A stretch of 64,000 bases of DNA from Squalus acanthias. Its lineage: Eukaryota. The notes under the pieces were generated by a model that saw only the letters and a program-made list of their open reading frames with translations, was not told the origin of the DNA and made no database searches. Positions 1 through 12,056 of this stretch are shown in pieces. Both the position numbers and the translations under genes were made by a program. Within the stretch, counting starts at the first letter, position 1. Every line of letters begins with the position of its first letter. Location: NCBI GenBank assembly GCA_030390025.1, contig CM059432.1, positions 101,620,001-101,684,000 of the forward strand, in the 5' to 3' direction.

Positions 1-541
1 GTACTAGATGGCAGGAGAGGTTGAGATGACAGAAGTGATCTGTCAATGGTGAGAGAGGTTGTTCCAATGAGGTGACACTGGATAGAGAGTTTGCTCCAAA
101 CACTTGCAAGCTGCATAAAGCTGACTCTGTCTTCCAAATGCAGTAAGCAACAGCTTCTAACCTTGGAAAGTGAAAACTTATGAAATGGGAGCTTTTATAG
201 AACATTTGCAGCTGTCAGCTAAAGAAATCATCCCATGCTGACACAACACCCGACCTCCTTATCTGACGTGATCCCCAAGCAGTGGGGAAGCCATTGGCGA
301 ACTCTAAAAATCTAAAGGTGAGCTTAAAATACTAGTTAATTGCTTCTTAACAATCTATCTAATGATGTAAATTGCCTCCCCCGCCACTTGGTGTCGGGTC
401 TGTTCAGTGATGACAGACCTGACATCTGGGAGACTAGCGTGGAGGCGGGTTGACAGTCGGTTCCCCGCCTGCTGTCAAAAAACAAATTCCCAGCCGACCC
501 GCCACCAAACGTGCCCGCTAACCCCCCGAAAAATTCCCCTC
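1..541. mobile_element. Right-hand part of a non-autonomous PIF/Harbinger-type element (same family as 24401-25261)
   Basis: 1-100 resembles 24730-24830. The GC-rich end CCCGCCACCAAAC...AAAATTCCCCTC matches the right ends at 25261, 46243 and 60654. Truncated by the window edge. Confidence 0.6.
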
Positions 542-2487
542 AAAGGTTTGCCTTGGTGAAGGGGTTAAGCAGCTGTGAGAAGCTGTTTCTCAGCAGTTTG
601 ACTAACCCATTACAATACATCTTGAAACAGGAATGGTAAAGGGGGCTCCTCTTCAGACTATCAAGAACATTCCATGATGACCAACACTATGAATGTGTGC
701 ACCTAAATGGTCCACAATGGGAACAGTTTAAATATTCATGTGAAATAAGCAACATGTTCCAATTCAGACCAATTGGTTCTTAATTCACTTGTGGCCTTAC
801 TCCTATATTTGAGTGTTAAAAGCAGTTAACACTCATCCAGGATGTCTGCCTGTTATAATTTATTTATAAACTTAACCCACTTCCCTCCCTGTGAGGTTTT
901 CCAAGTGGAGCAAACATTCGCTTTTAACTTCTTTTTTAAAGACCAGTTGGAACACTTTTCATGATTGCCATAAACACAGCAGCTTGGACACAAAATGAAA
1001 CCTTTGTGGAATTTATGTTGTTTATTATAAGCCGGCACGGTGGCGCATTACACTTTTATACCTCCAGCTAAATAAAATGCTAATGCACTAAGCAAAACTG
1101 TCCTGTCAAAGTTAAACATCGAATCATGCACTGACAATACCAAAAATATGTTCTGTAGGATCTTTCAGCTAATTTTCTCTATTGTACAAAAACAATTATA
1201 GTACACTTTTAAACACAATAAATAAAGCTCTGTACAAATGGTGATGAATTTTGAACAAACCCAAACCCGTTCTTGTGAAAAATTGAGAATTATTTCTGCA
1301 TTTTATTTGCAGCAGAGTAAAATGTGCAAAGGTACTGTAAACAAAAACACAAAAGAAAATCCTCGCTTAAAATAAATTTGAATTTTAAAGCTGACGATAA
1401 GTCCACAAATGCGGTTGGTTTATAAATGATTTCTGAAACGTCTTACCTGAGTGATTACTCTGTGAAAATAACTCTCCGGTAGTTATGGAAATCACTACCC
1501 CTATAATGATGCATCAAGTGGGACTTGTGCTTCACTTACTCTTCACTGTCATTTTAAATAAACACAAACACCGCCCCGCCACCCCCCCCCCCCGCCACCC
1601 CGCCGAAACACTTAAAATGCACTTTGGCGACTAAATAGCACTCAACCGACTTCAAAACCTGATCTGAGTGGACAAAGTGGACTCCATCTGTCCGGTGAAC
1701 ACAGGACACCAAAATCAACCCCATTATATTCCCATGTGAAGAATGAAGAAGTTTGTGCAAATTAAGCCACAAGTGACAAAATGAAGAGTTTTTCTGAGGA
1801 TTCCATGTATTACTAGAAGAGATCGAGTTGTTACTGTTTGCCAGTACTGTTGGGTTTTGCAGAACAAAATTACTGGTGAAAAATCCAAAATAGACTGCTG
1901 TCATGTCGATCAATATTTTGCTTTATTAGCTGTTCAACTAAAATTTATCATAATAGTTGGAGATACTTCTAGCTCTTATTTAGATTGAATTTTTCTAAGT
2001 GTGCTAGAACAAGGAGAAAACAGGGACGCGGATTGCTGAAAACTTTAATTTATGCTAAAGACTACCAGCAACATTCCTCTGCCAAGCATTGGTGAAGCTT
2101 CCAGATCTCTATTGATGAAGGGAAATGCAACCCCTTATTTCTTGGCAATGCATTGGGATGCAAAAGATAACACATTTACAACTGGTAGTCAACTATGATT
2201 TAACTTATACATATCCTAAAATAAATTGAATGTCACTAACTCTAGCTTATTTTTCTTTTCAAATGTTTAATATATAAGTAGTAGTAGATAACAGAAGCAT
2301 ATGGGACTGAATATTTTATCACTTTGTGCAACACTATGAGAGGAACAAGTGTTCCTCAATCACATACGGTAGAGTAGGATCCTTAGGATGACCATTTTTC
2401 AAAAATAACTATCAATTTAGTAACCACTGATACAAACATTAATATTACAATGATAATAATAAATTGTCAGGAGTAGTGTTATTATAT

Positions 2488-2894
2488 TAACAACAACAAC
2501 TTGTATTTATATAGCACCTTTAACGTAGTAAAACATCCCAAGGCGCTTCACAGGAGTGTTATAAGACAAAATATTGACACCGAGCCCCATAAGAATTTAG
2601 GGCAGATGACCAAAAGCTTGGTCAAAGAGGTAGATTTTAAGGAGCGTCTCAAAGGAGGAAAGAGAGGTAGAGAGGCAGAGAGGTTTAGTGAGGGAGTTCC
2701 AGAGCTTAGGGCTTAGGCAGCTGAAGGCACGGCCACCGATGTTTGAGCGATTATAATCAGGGATACTCAAGTGGGCAGAATTTGAGGAGCACAGATATCT
2801 CGGGGGGTTGTGGGGCTGAAGGAGATTACAGAGATAGGGAGGGGTGAGGCCATGGAGGGATTTGAAAACAAAGATGAGAATTTTGAAATCGAGG
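2488..2894 (-). mobile_element. L2 LINE 3' end (continues at 5005-5790)
   Basis: The reverse complement matches the 3' UTR and tail of the L2 at 22345-22745 and ends in (TTG)n. It joins seamlessly to 5005 once the insert is removed. Confidence 0.85.
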
Positions 2895-3576
2895 TGTTAG
2901 AAATTAGGGGTACCTAAAATGTATATGGTTGTGCGAATGAAATTGTGACGCGAATAATTCTGTGTTGAAATGATTGTATTAGAGCTCGAGACAAGTAAGG
3001 GGTTAATGTATAAGTTGCGTTTTACTAGACCTGCTTAAGTTTTGTTTTCCTGGAAACTTGTATTAGAGCTTGAGATAAAGTATCTTCAGACTAGTACTAG
3101 ATTAGATGCTTAAAATTTGCCCATTTTTTCAGTTCTCTGCAGATGTTATAACGTTCCACACAGTGGCAGTCACTTTTGGCCTTGCCTTCCAGTTTAGCTG
3201 TCTGCTGTTTGTGTGCTAGGAAGGCTGCAGATTGTATCTTTAATTTGGCCAACTAAGGCCCTACGCCTATGTTTCTTCCATTATTGCAAATAACCATATC
3301 ATAATGCTATGTTTTAGGATTTTGACTTGTTTAACAAAATTGCTTGCTGAAATGCGTAAGTTAACCCGTGTGTGAGAATAGAATAGAAGATATCTTTGGG
3401 AATTTAATGATTCATTTCATGGTACAATAGTCTGACAATGAATTGAAATAGTTAGTTACACAACTGGCCACACGAATAGCTCTGAACAATGGGGCCTCTG
3501 ACTGCAGGAGTCTGAAGGCCAACCTGGTATGTCTGAGTTGCTGGGGAGGACAAGACAGGATGAGATAAGATACTTT

Positions 3577-4458
3577 GGGGGGAAAGTTTGGTTGCTTTGC
3601 ACCTCCCGTTAGCGCCTAAGAGGGCACTAATGGGGCACAAAGCAACTAGCGCCCGGGCGCAGCGATGTTTGCGCCGCTCGCAAAATTGACCAGACATTTT
3701 GCGGCGGCGCTAAACACTACCGCCACGATCTCCTGCGCCCGCAGATCGTGACATCAGACGAGCGTGCAACGCCCCGGACCGGATATTGAGTGGCGCCCCC
3801 TGCCTTACCGCCTGCTGCTCGCAATGACAGGTTGAGGGGAGCATTTTGCAGTCGTGAAGGGACTGGGAGAGCGCTATTTAAAGGCGACTGCTTCCTGCCT
3901 TTTTTTGTCGGCGACATTTTTGCACCATGCATTCTGAGAGAGAGAGAGAGAGACTTCTGGAGAGATTCAACACTGTGTGAAGGAGTTTTGGGTACTGAGC
4001 AGCACTTTGCAGGTTCATTTTGATTTGAACTTCCTTGCATCGATTTAGAAGAGACTGTGGGGGCTGCATTCTGAGCTCTTTCCCTGAGCATCTCCATTGT
4101 TCTTTCCAGCAGATTTGATGTACAGGTCTCTCCAGGCCGAGATTCAAGGCTGCAATGAGCAGGGTGTGGAAGGAGAGCAAGATCGACCCTCCCCTTTAAG
4201 AACTGGCCGGTGCCAGTGTGTCTGTGTTCCATTGCTGACTGACATTACATGAGCTTCGCCAGCGCTCTGAGGTAGCGCCTCGCTCCTTGGTGTTAGCGCC
4301 TTCCGAGAGGTGTGTAGCGCCTGATTTAGCGCTCCAATCACCTCCAGGGGCGATAGAAGCCAAGTTTGCAATCGGAGGTGATAATTAGCGCCAGGCGCTA
4401 AACTTTGCGCCCGGCCGATAATTGCGCCCAAAACGGGGCGATACCGAATTTCTCCCCC
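3577..4458. mobile_element. Non-autonomous PIF/Harbinger element (MITE), copy 1
   Basis: Imperfect TIRs GGGGGGAAAGTTTGGT / ACCGAATTTCTCCCCC with 3-bp TSD TTT. Colinear with and highly similar to 6890-7781. Confidence 0.85.
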
Positions 4459-4789
4459 TTTAGCTTTAGAAGGACAAGGCCGGATGAGATAAGGGGAATA
4501 CAGTTCTCAGCATGGCTGTGAGTACCCTTGACAGGTGGAAGATAACATGAGGGATGGCCTTTTCGCCATGGCCTGAACAAAGAACTTGACATACCATTGG
4601 GCACCTTCTTTTAAGGGGAACCTCTGTAGGTTAAATGGTCTTGTCAATATTCTACCCCAGGTCCACCCCTAAAAAGAGAATAAAAAGAAAGACCTGAAAA
4701 GCCCCCAGTACAGACGGTGGAGTGGAGATCTCCTGAGGGTGGATCTATGCTGACTCTGGTTTAACACTCTTAGGTAGTTCAAAAGGAAA

Positions 4790-4790
4790 A

Positions 4791-4823
<33 letters not shown>

Positions 4824-4831
4824 AGAGAAGA
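4790..4831. repeat. (GA)n microsatellite inside the solo LTR
   Basis: Direct reading. Confidence 0.9.
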
Positions 4832-5004
4832 GCTGTTCGTGCATGCCAGCTGTTCTGTCCGACTTGTCACGCTCATATGTTTTTGCTGTATAACTAGTAA
4901 GTATGTTATATCCGTCTAACTCCGATAAAACACAACATAACCACCATATTGGTTTGCACTCGATCCTGATTATTTGAAAGACCAGAAATAAGCTAATTTC
5001 AACA

Positions 5005-5790
5005 GAGGCTTTGCTTAACCGGGAGCCAATGTAGGTCAGCGAGCACAGGGGTGATGGGTGAACGGGACTTGGTGCGAGTTAGGACATGGGCAGCCGAGTT
5101 TTGGATGACCTCAAGTTTCCGTAGCATAGAATGTGGGAGGCCAGCCAGGAGTGCGTTGGAATCGTCAAGTCTAGAGATAACAAAGGCATGGAGGAGGGTT
5201 TCAGCAGCAGATGAGCTGAGGCAGGGGCGGAGACGGGCAATATTACGGAGGTGAAAATAGGCGGTCTCAGTTATGGCACAGAAGCTTATTTCAGGGTCAA
5301 ATATGACACCAAAGTTGCGAACAGTCTGGTTCAGCCTCAGACAGATGTTAGGGAGAGGGATGGAGTTGATGGCGAGGCCCGAAGACAATGGCTTCGGTTG
5401 TCCCAATATTTAATTGGAGAAAGTTTCCGCTCATCCAGTACTGGATGTCGGACAAGCAGTCTGACAATTTAGAAACCGTGGAGGGGTCAAGAGAAGAGGT
5501 AGTGAGGTACAGCATACTTGTGGAAACAGACGCCGTGTTTTCGGATGATGTTGCCAAGGGGGATGAGAAATAGGAGGGGGCCGAGGATAGATCCTTGGGG
5601 GACCCCAGAGAGAATGATGCGGGAGTGGGAAGAGAAACCATTGCAGGTGATTTTCTGGCTACGATTAGATAGATAAGAATGGAACCAGGCGAGTGCAGTC
5701 CCACCCAGCTGGACGATGGTGGAGAGGCGTTGGAGGAGGATGGAGTGGTCAACCGTGTCAAAGGCTGCAGACAGGTCAAGAAGGATGAGG
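5005..5790 (-). mobile_element. L2 LINE RT C-terminal fragment (frameshifted)
   Basis: ORFs 4999-5406 and 5348-5779 encode L2 RT motifs (VRNFGVIFD, AYFHLRNIARLRP, LEVIQNSAA, ITPVLADLHWLPV). Confidence 0.9.
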
Positions 5791-6339
5791 ATGAGAAGGA
5801 CCCATGATTAGTAAAATTATTTTAAAATTATCAACAAAAATGCTAAATTTTAATGTTGAAACATTTGCCTGTTTTTCTTTTCTTTTATTATTTTAAGTTT
5901 TAACTTATTCTAACAATCATCCTATTCCATTAAAAGGAACAATTTTATTTTACTTCTCAGTTTGTCCTCTGTCTTTGGCAGATGTTTCAAGATTGATATT
6001 GATATGCTGTCAATTAAAACAGTTCAATTGTGGATACAATTTTCTAACATTACAAAGGAACGCTATCGTTGAATTTCTTCTGTGACACTGGCAGCCAAAG
6101 TGCACCCAGATGAAATAAGTTATCCTTAAATAAATTAAGATAATAAAAGCTGGAGAATAAAAGGCACAAACTTACTTTGGATTGAGACTGAGAGAATGAA
6201 ATTGTTACTGAACAAAGAAGCCACCCAAATGATGGCTAAAGGTATGCTTCATCTTTATATTTTCTCACAGGTATTTTTATTTTTCATTTTTATTTGTATT
6301 TTTATTTTTTTCCCCTATTTGCCTCCACTCCTGCAAACA

Positions 6340-7998
6340 CCAAGGCATTCAGGGATGACGGTGGATGATGTTTGTGGTCGGGATGACGGCGAACTAGCAG
6401 CGTTCGCTGTCATTCCACCTTTGAAACTGTCCGCAACTTCGGGATTTGGCGCATGAAGCTGTGGTCTGTCATTGACAGCTCCGACACAGGCTGTGCTGTG
6501 CCCCCACCCTCTCCAACCCCCCCCCCACATGGAGCTGGCAATCTGTGTAATCACCCAAATCAGGGAAACTGATGAAAACTTTGGATCTTCAGCTGTAAGT
6601 ACGCTGTTAAATTCCCCACTAAAAGTTAGACACGAAGAGATTAGGTGTAACTGGGAATTTAACAGCATTATTACTGCTAAACAAATGTCAAGATCCTGGA
6701 AAAATAATTTTAATTTTGTGCAGTGTGAAATTTGTCCATTTTAATAAAAATAAAATGTTTTAAGAAACTCAAAAAAAATGTTTTTAACATTTTTTTAAAA
6801 GTTTGTCCATCTTTATTTCAGGTTTGCCTTATCCCCATGTGAGAGCCCCAATCTTTGTTTTGCCCTCTCTGACATTTTTAAAAAGTTTTGGGGAAAAATT
6901 CAGTTTGTTGCGCCTCCCGTTAGCGCCTTAAGAGGGCGCTAATGGGTCGCAAAGCAACTAGCGCCCGGGCGCAGTGATGTTTGCGCTGCTTGCGAAATTA
7001 ACTAGACATTTTGCAGCAACGCTAAACAGTACCGCCATGATCTCCTGCGCCGGCAGATCGTGACGTCAGTCGAGTGCGCAACGCCCCGGTAGCGCCCCGG
7101 AGCGGATATTGAGTGGTGCCCCCTGCCTTACAGCCTGCCGCTAGCAACGACAGGTTAAGGGGAGCGTTTTGCAGTCAGGAAGGGACTGGGGAGCGCTATT
7201 TAAAGGCGACCGCTTCCTGCCTTTTTTTGTTGGCGACATTTTTGAACCACGCATTCTGAGAGAGTTGGAGAGAGAGACTTATGGAGAGATTCAACGCTGT
7301 GTGAAGGAGTTTCGGTACTGAGCAGCACTTTGCAGGTTCATTTCGATTTGCCCTTCCTTGTATCGATTTAGAAGAGACTGTGGGGGCTGCACTCTGAGCT
7401 CTTTCCCTGGGCCTCTCCATTGTTCTTTCCAGCAGATTTGATGTACAGGTCTCTCCAGGCCGAGATTCAAGGCTGCAATGAGCAGGATGTGGATGGAAAG
7501 CAAGATCAACCCTCCCCTTTAAGAATTGGCCAGGGCCATTGTGTCTGTGTTCCATTGCTGAATGACATCATATGAGCTTCGCCAGTGCTCTGAGGTAGCG
7601 CCTCGCTCCTCAGCCTTTGTGCCTTAAGACAGATGTGTAGCGCCTGATTTAGCGCTCCAATCACCTCCAGGGACGATAAAAGTCAAGTTTGCAGTCAGAG
7701 GCGATAATTAGCGCCAGGTGCTAATCTTTGCGCCCGGCCGATAATTGCGGCCCAAACGGGGCGATACTGAATTTTTCCCCCTTAGAATTTTAAGAGCTTC
7801 TTGGTTCGCTATCTGTGAGAATTCTGCCTTTTGATTGGCTGCTTAGATAGCATGTTGATGTCACTGCAGTTTGCACAAGGGGATCCCCACTATACTTGTT
7901 GATTTGAATTGAATGTTGGAAAACCCGAATTTCTCGACACAGTGATCGCAAAATCTTTGTGCGAAGCGGACTTTGGGGCCAACTGCAAATTCTGGGCC
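6340..7998. mobile_element. Older Harbinger-type non-autonomous element hosting MITE copy 2
   Basis: Right end CAAATTCTGGGCCC resembles the ends at 9246 and 42812. Internal motif AACTTCGGGATTT is shared with 8490-9246. Left end unclear. Confidence 0.45.
6890..7781. mobile_element. Non-autonomous PIF/Harbinger element (MITE), copy 2
   Basis: Perfect 15-bp TIR GGGGAAAAATTCAGT / ACTGAATTTTTCCCC. Colinear with 3577-4458. Confidence 0.85.
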
Positions 7999-8009
7999 CA
8001 AGTCCTTCT

Positions 8010-8330
8010 TTTATATGATTTCATGGGCACTGGGTACACTCCAACACCTTGCCCAAGAGGCCATTCTTCATGTGTAAGCCCAGACCATGAGACTCCGCAC
8101 ACTATTCATCATGGGGGCATCATGGTGACACCCATCCTGTGCTCACTCAGTATTTACACATGTGCACTTTTCAGCAGAATAGCAAATAGCAGAAAGAACC
8201 CAGACTGATCATTCCTTCTTCCTAGCTTAGGATATCAGCCCAACTAACCTCTGTCCCAACTGGGATCAACTCACGCTGCACAGACTTGGAATTGAATCTA
8301 CGAGCTTGGTGGTGTCTTTAAACATTAAAC
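8010..8330 (-). mobile_element. Old tRNA-derived SINE, AmnSINE2-like
   Basis: Similar to 15430-15785. Resembles the AmnSINE2 body as I recall it; not verified by alignment. Confidence 0.4.
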
Positions 8331-8489
8331 CATTGAGAAAGACTGTAAACTTCATTTCCAAAGTTTTTCATAATTTTCAAATTCATTTTAATAGTACAGG
8401 ATTATTTTGAATATTGTTCTCTATTTCTTGCCACATGCAATCTAACCTACCATTTCTGTTACATTCAGTACTTAAGGCACAAACACATT

Positions 8490-9246
8490 GGGCCAAAAAT
8501 TGCAGTCGGAGACATACCTCCAGGGTATGCCTCCGACTCGCGAAAGGAATGCGCACCTACCTGATGGCGGTGAGGCTACAAAAACTTGCGGTCTGACACT
8601 GTGAGGCGGAGGGCAGCGTACTGGCCCACAGATCCCAGGGATTCAGGCAGTGCGGAAGCGTACCTGGGATCACGTGGGCCTGGTCCTCCAATCACAAAAC
8701 AGAATTCGATTTGAATCATTTCCGAAGAGAATACCGTAATGAGATGTAATGGAATCCCAAAATCAGATCTAATTACAATTTACAGGATTGGAATTTAATT
8801 CTTATCAGCTTCATTCCACCAACCTCACTAAAAATGTAACTTTTTGATAATTTTTGACATCATTAAAACACTAATCTGGGCCAATATTTGCAGAAACTCA
8901 ATTGATACAGTGTAAGTGTATAATTTCTGATGTAAAAATGTTTAAATCATGCCTGAGGTATCCCCTTACACTGATATAAACAGGCCCTGTGCCAGTTTGC
9001 ATCAAACGTAACATTTCTGTGTGCTATTGCTGGCCAGTCGGTGGGCAAATAGCCCAAATCTACACCAGCAATTGCTTTTTTGTGGGCCATGCGGATGGCC
9101 TGTCAACGCATACGTTGACAGACTACAAATTCCGGATTTCGCGCATGCACAAACTCATGCGGAAATCCCGAACTTACGGTGGATTTCAAAGGAGGTATGA
9201 TGGCCTAATCAGAGTATGCCGCCATACCGACCGCAAATTTCGGGCC
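8490..9246. mobile_element. Non-autonomous Harbinger-type element
   Basis: TIRs GGGCCAAAAATTGCAGTC / GACCGCAAATTTCGGGCC. Flanks ATT/ACT. Confidence 0.65.
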
Positions 9247-9534
9247 ACTATTCTTTTTCTGTTGTTAGCTCTCCTTTCTGCTTCATTCAAGGCAATAATC
9301 AGTGGAGGTGCTCTTAAGTGGAGTTAAGTTTCACACCAAAATATTGAGCTGGTCCAGCCCAATTGCATCTCATCTCACCAATCCAATACACATCTTAATG
9401 TTTCTACATGGTACACTAGCATGGACGTTATTAGTATCCTGTTTTAGTAAGAAAATACACTCCTCTACAAAGCTCTGCAATAGTGATGGTGATGTGGATG
9501 AGCCATCTACCTTCTGAGCCATATTACCTTGTCT

Positions 9535-9725
9535 CAATCAACATAACAAAAACAGATTATCTGGTGATTATCACATTGCTGTTTGTGGGAGGTTGCTGTG
9601 CGCAAATTAGCTGCTGCGTTTCCTACATTACAACAGTGACTACACTCCAAAAGTACTTCATTGGCTGTAAAGCGCTTTGAGATGTCCGGTGGTCATGAAA
9701 GGCGCTATATAAATGCAAGTCTTTC
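9535..9725 (+). mobile_element. 3' part of a Deu-domain (SacSINE-like) SINE with L2-type tail
   Basis: ACAGATTATCTGGTGATTATCACATTGCTG...AAAGGCGCTATATAAATGCAAG, shared with 30072-30430 and 48330-48695. Confidence 0.75.
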
Positions 9726-9910
9726 TGCTGTTTTGGATCCCCATGTTCAAATTTACAGGAGCCCTGTGCCTCGCTGCTTGAAATCAATCAGTGCTGCTAA
9801 ATTAAGAAGCTGTGGTGTCTTTGTAAGGACCTGCCACTAAGATGAGCATAGCTGTTTTCGACGAGTTGTTTGCTTGCAATTTGTAGTTCTATAATTGATG
9901 AACTACATAA

Positions 9911-10654
9911 GGAGTAGAGTGTCTGCTTTGGGCGTAATCAGTGATTCTGGCTCTAATCGCGCCCATTTTGAAAAGTGTTTCTTTCTCCGCCTCCCCCCCC
10001 CCCCCAAGTTTCCGCTCAAACTCATTTGCATATCGCAGAACGCAAAATCTGCCATGAACCAGCGCAATCGGGCAGCGTTTTAAAATGTAATTTAAAAAAA
10101 AGTTACATTAATAAATATTCCTCGATTATATTTAAGAGTGGTAACTTTGTAAAGTTTGATTAGTACAGCTGGAAATGGGTTTATCACAAAAAATAAGGAT
10201 TTTAAATCGTAGTGTCAGTCCACCACCTGTGAGAACCTGATTTTAAATTACTGAAAATGACTTAAAAAAAATATGCAAAACTGTTTTCTAGTTAGATTGG
10301 GGTACAGTAGTGAGTTCCTTAGTAAATTTTAAAAAAATCATTCAAAACGTACCTATTGGTGTCCTTGCACCCAAAAGTTCCAGCTTAATTTTAGGCGCCT
10401 CCTCGAAGGCCTGCAAATGGCGCGATTAGCGGAAACTCCCAGTGGTGATTAATTCACCCTGGGGGCGTGGCCAGTTTTGTGGGTGGGGCCGGCTTCTACA
10501 ACAATATTTTTAAAACTAGCGCAAATGATCGCAGAAACTTGAGTTGTGCTGAACGCAATTTGCATTTAAAATTCCACGATCTTTTGTGTCGGTTACGCCG
10601 ATATCAGGTGAATTGCACGAAAAAAAAAGCGCAATCGAGCGGAAACTCCAGGCC
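9911..10654. mobile_element. Non-autonomous Harbinger-type element
   Basis: GC-rich ends and AT-rich core. The left part is the reverse complement of about 44960-45340. Ends ...GGAAACTCCAGGCC. Confidence 0.55.
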
Positions 10655-10814
10655 AAGTTGTATAATTGTGGTGACAGTTTTCTCAGTAGTTAATCCCACC
10701 CCAGGACTGATTTGGTCCCTTGGTGACCAGTGAGCTCCCATTGCAGGCACGAATATTATGAGACCCAAGGCCCAATTTCAGGCACGTCTTGGGCCTCCAG
10801 GCCTCCAGCTTCTA

Positions 10815-11025
10815 CCCCAGAGAGCTGTGGATGCTGAGTCATTGATTATATTCAAGGATGAGATCGATAGATTTTTGGACTCTAGGGGCATCAAGGGATA
10901 TGGGGATAGGGCAGAAAAGTGGAGTTGAGGTCGAAGATCAGCCATGATCTTAGTGAATGGTGGAGCAGGCTCGAGGGGCCGTATGGCCTACTCCAGCTCC
11001 TATTTATTATGCTGTTATGCTCTTA
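10815..11025 (+). mobile_element. CR1 LINE 3' end
   Basis: Matches the 3' end of the CR1 at 13060-13228. Confidence 0.85.
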
Positions 11026-11289
11026 ATGTGCTGGGAGTGCGCAAACTATTTCAGGCCTGAAAATGGGCTAAAACCCACTTAAACCCGTATCCTCGTAGAT
11101 GTTGTGAGTGGAATCATACACGATAGGATTACCAACTACCACCGCCACCTTCCCCCTACATTTTACTTATTGCATATAATTCATTAGAAATCAACAACAA
11201 CAACTTGTATTTATATAGTGCCTTTAACGTAGTAAAACGTCCCTAGGCGCTACACAAGAAATGATCACCACATTTTCTTTCTGAAAGGT

Positions 11290-11515
11290 GGTAAATACAT
11301 AGGATTTTCAATTGACCTAGCCTCAACAGCTTTTTTGGGGGGGAACAGAGTTCCAGATTTCCAATACCCTTTGTGTGAACAACTGCTTTCTGATATCACC
11401 CCTGAACGTCCTGGCTCTAATTTTAAGGTTGAGCCCCCTTGTTCTGGACCCGACCCCCCCCCACCCCAGCCACCAGAGGAAATAGTTTCTCTCTATCTGC
11501 CCTATCAACTCCTTC
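11290..11515 (-). mobile_element. CR1 LINE 3' coding fragment
   Basis: Minus-strand peptide SRTRGLNLKIRARTFRGDIRKQLFTQRVLEIWNS is the CR1 ORF2 C-terminus. Confidence 0.75.
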
Positions 11516-11833
11516 TATAACATACCATCAGACTAAAGTCTTCAGACTAAAACTATTAGTCAATCTTATTCACAGGTTGAGTAATAAACAGAAGGCATAT
11601 AAAACAGCAAGTTAATGAAATGCATTACTTAAAAACAATAACAATAGAATCAGTTCATAAAGGGTTGTAATATCCTTTCCAGAATATATTTCTTGCACAG
11701 CTTGATAATATACAGGACTCTTGGATGAAACGGTTTTTCATAGCGTTTCTTGATGCTGAAGTGTACGTGAACTTCCAATCCACAGAGTTCAGATCCCTGG
11801 AGAGACCTAAAGCTGAGGTTTAAAAAAAAACTG

Positions 11834-11943
11834 ATTTATGCTTTGGGAATTCTTTCAAGTTACAGCCATGACTTTGATGACAACTCTCAAGAGTTGACAT
11901 CAAAGGCATGGCTGTAACTTAAAAGGATTCCCAAAGCATAAAT
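11834..11943. repeat. 110-bp near-perfect inverted repeat (hairpin)
   Basis: 54-bp arms with 4 mismatches and a 2-nt centre. Confidence 0.9.
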
Positions 11944-12056
11944 TTTAATGAATGTAAAATCAGGCAGCTCCGTTTCCCGAGATGGGCTCCCAGTGAGCGA
12001 CACTCCCAACTGTGAGCAGTTGATCATGCAATGACCACTATGGTCTACTTCTGTAA

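Larger units (their letters stand above)
2895..5004. mobile_element. Solo LTR of about 1.2 kb (after removing the nested MITE), inserted into L2
   Basis: Ends TGTTAGAAATTAG...CTAATTTCAACA (TG..CA with a short terminal inverted repeat). 4-bp TSD GAGG at 2891-2894 and 5005-5008. No coding sequence. Confidence 0.75.

Noticed and set aside
3717..4232. 171-aa minus-strand ORF with a paralogue at 7196-7555
   Set aside because: It lies inside two MITE copies and the frames diverge between them. Only about 9 codons resemble a real gene start.
6170..6235. Isolated splice-site-like motifs (also near 1445, 23400 and 56425)
   Set aside because: The putative exons give unrecognisable peptides and do not form a consistent strand or phase series.
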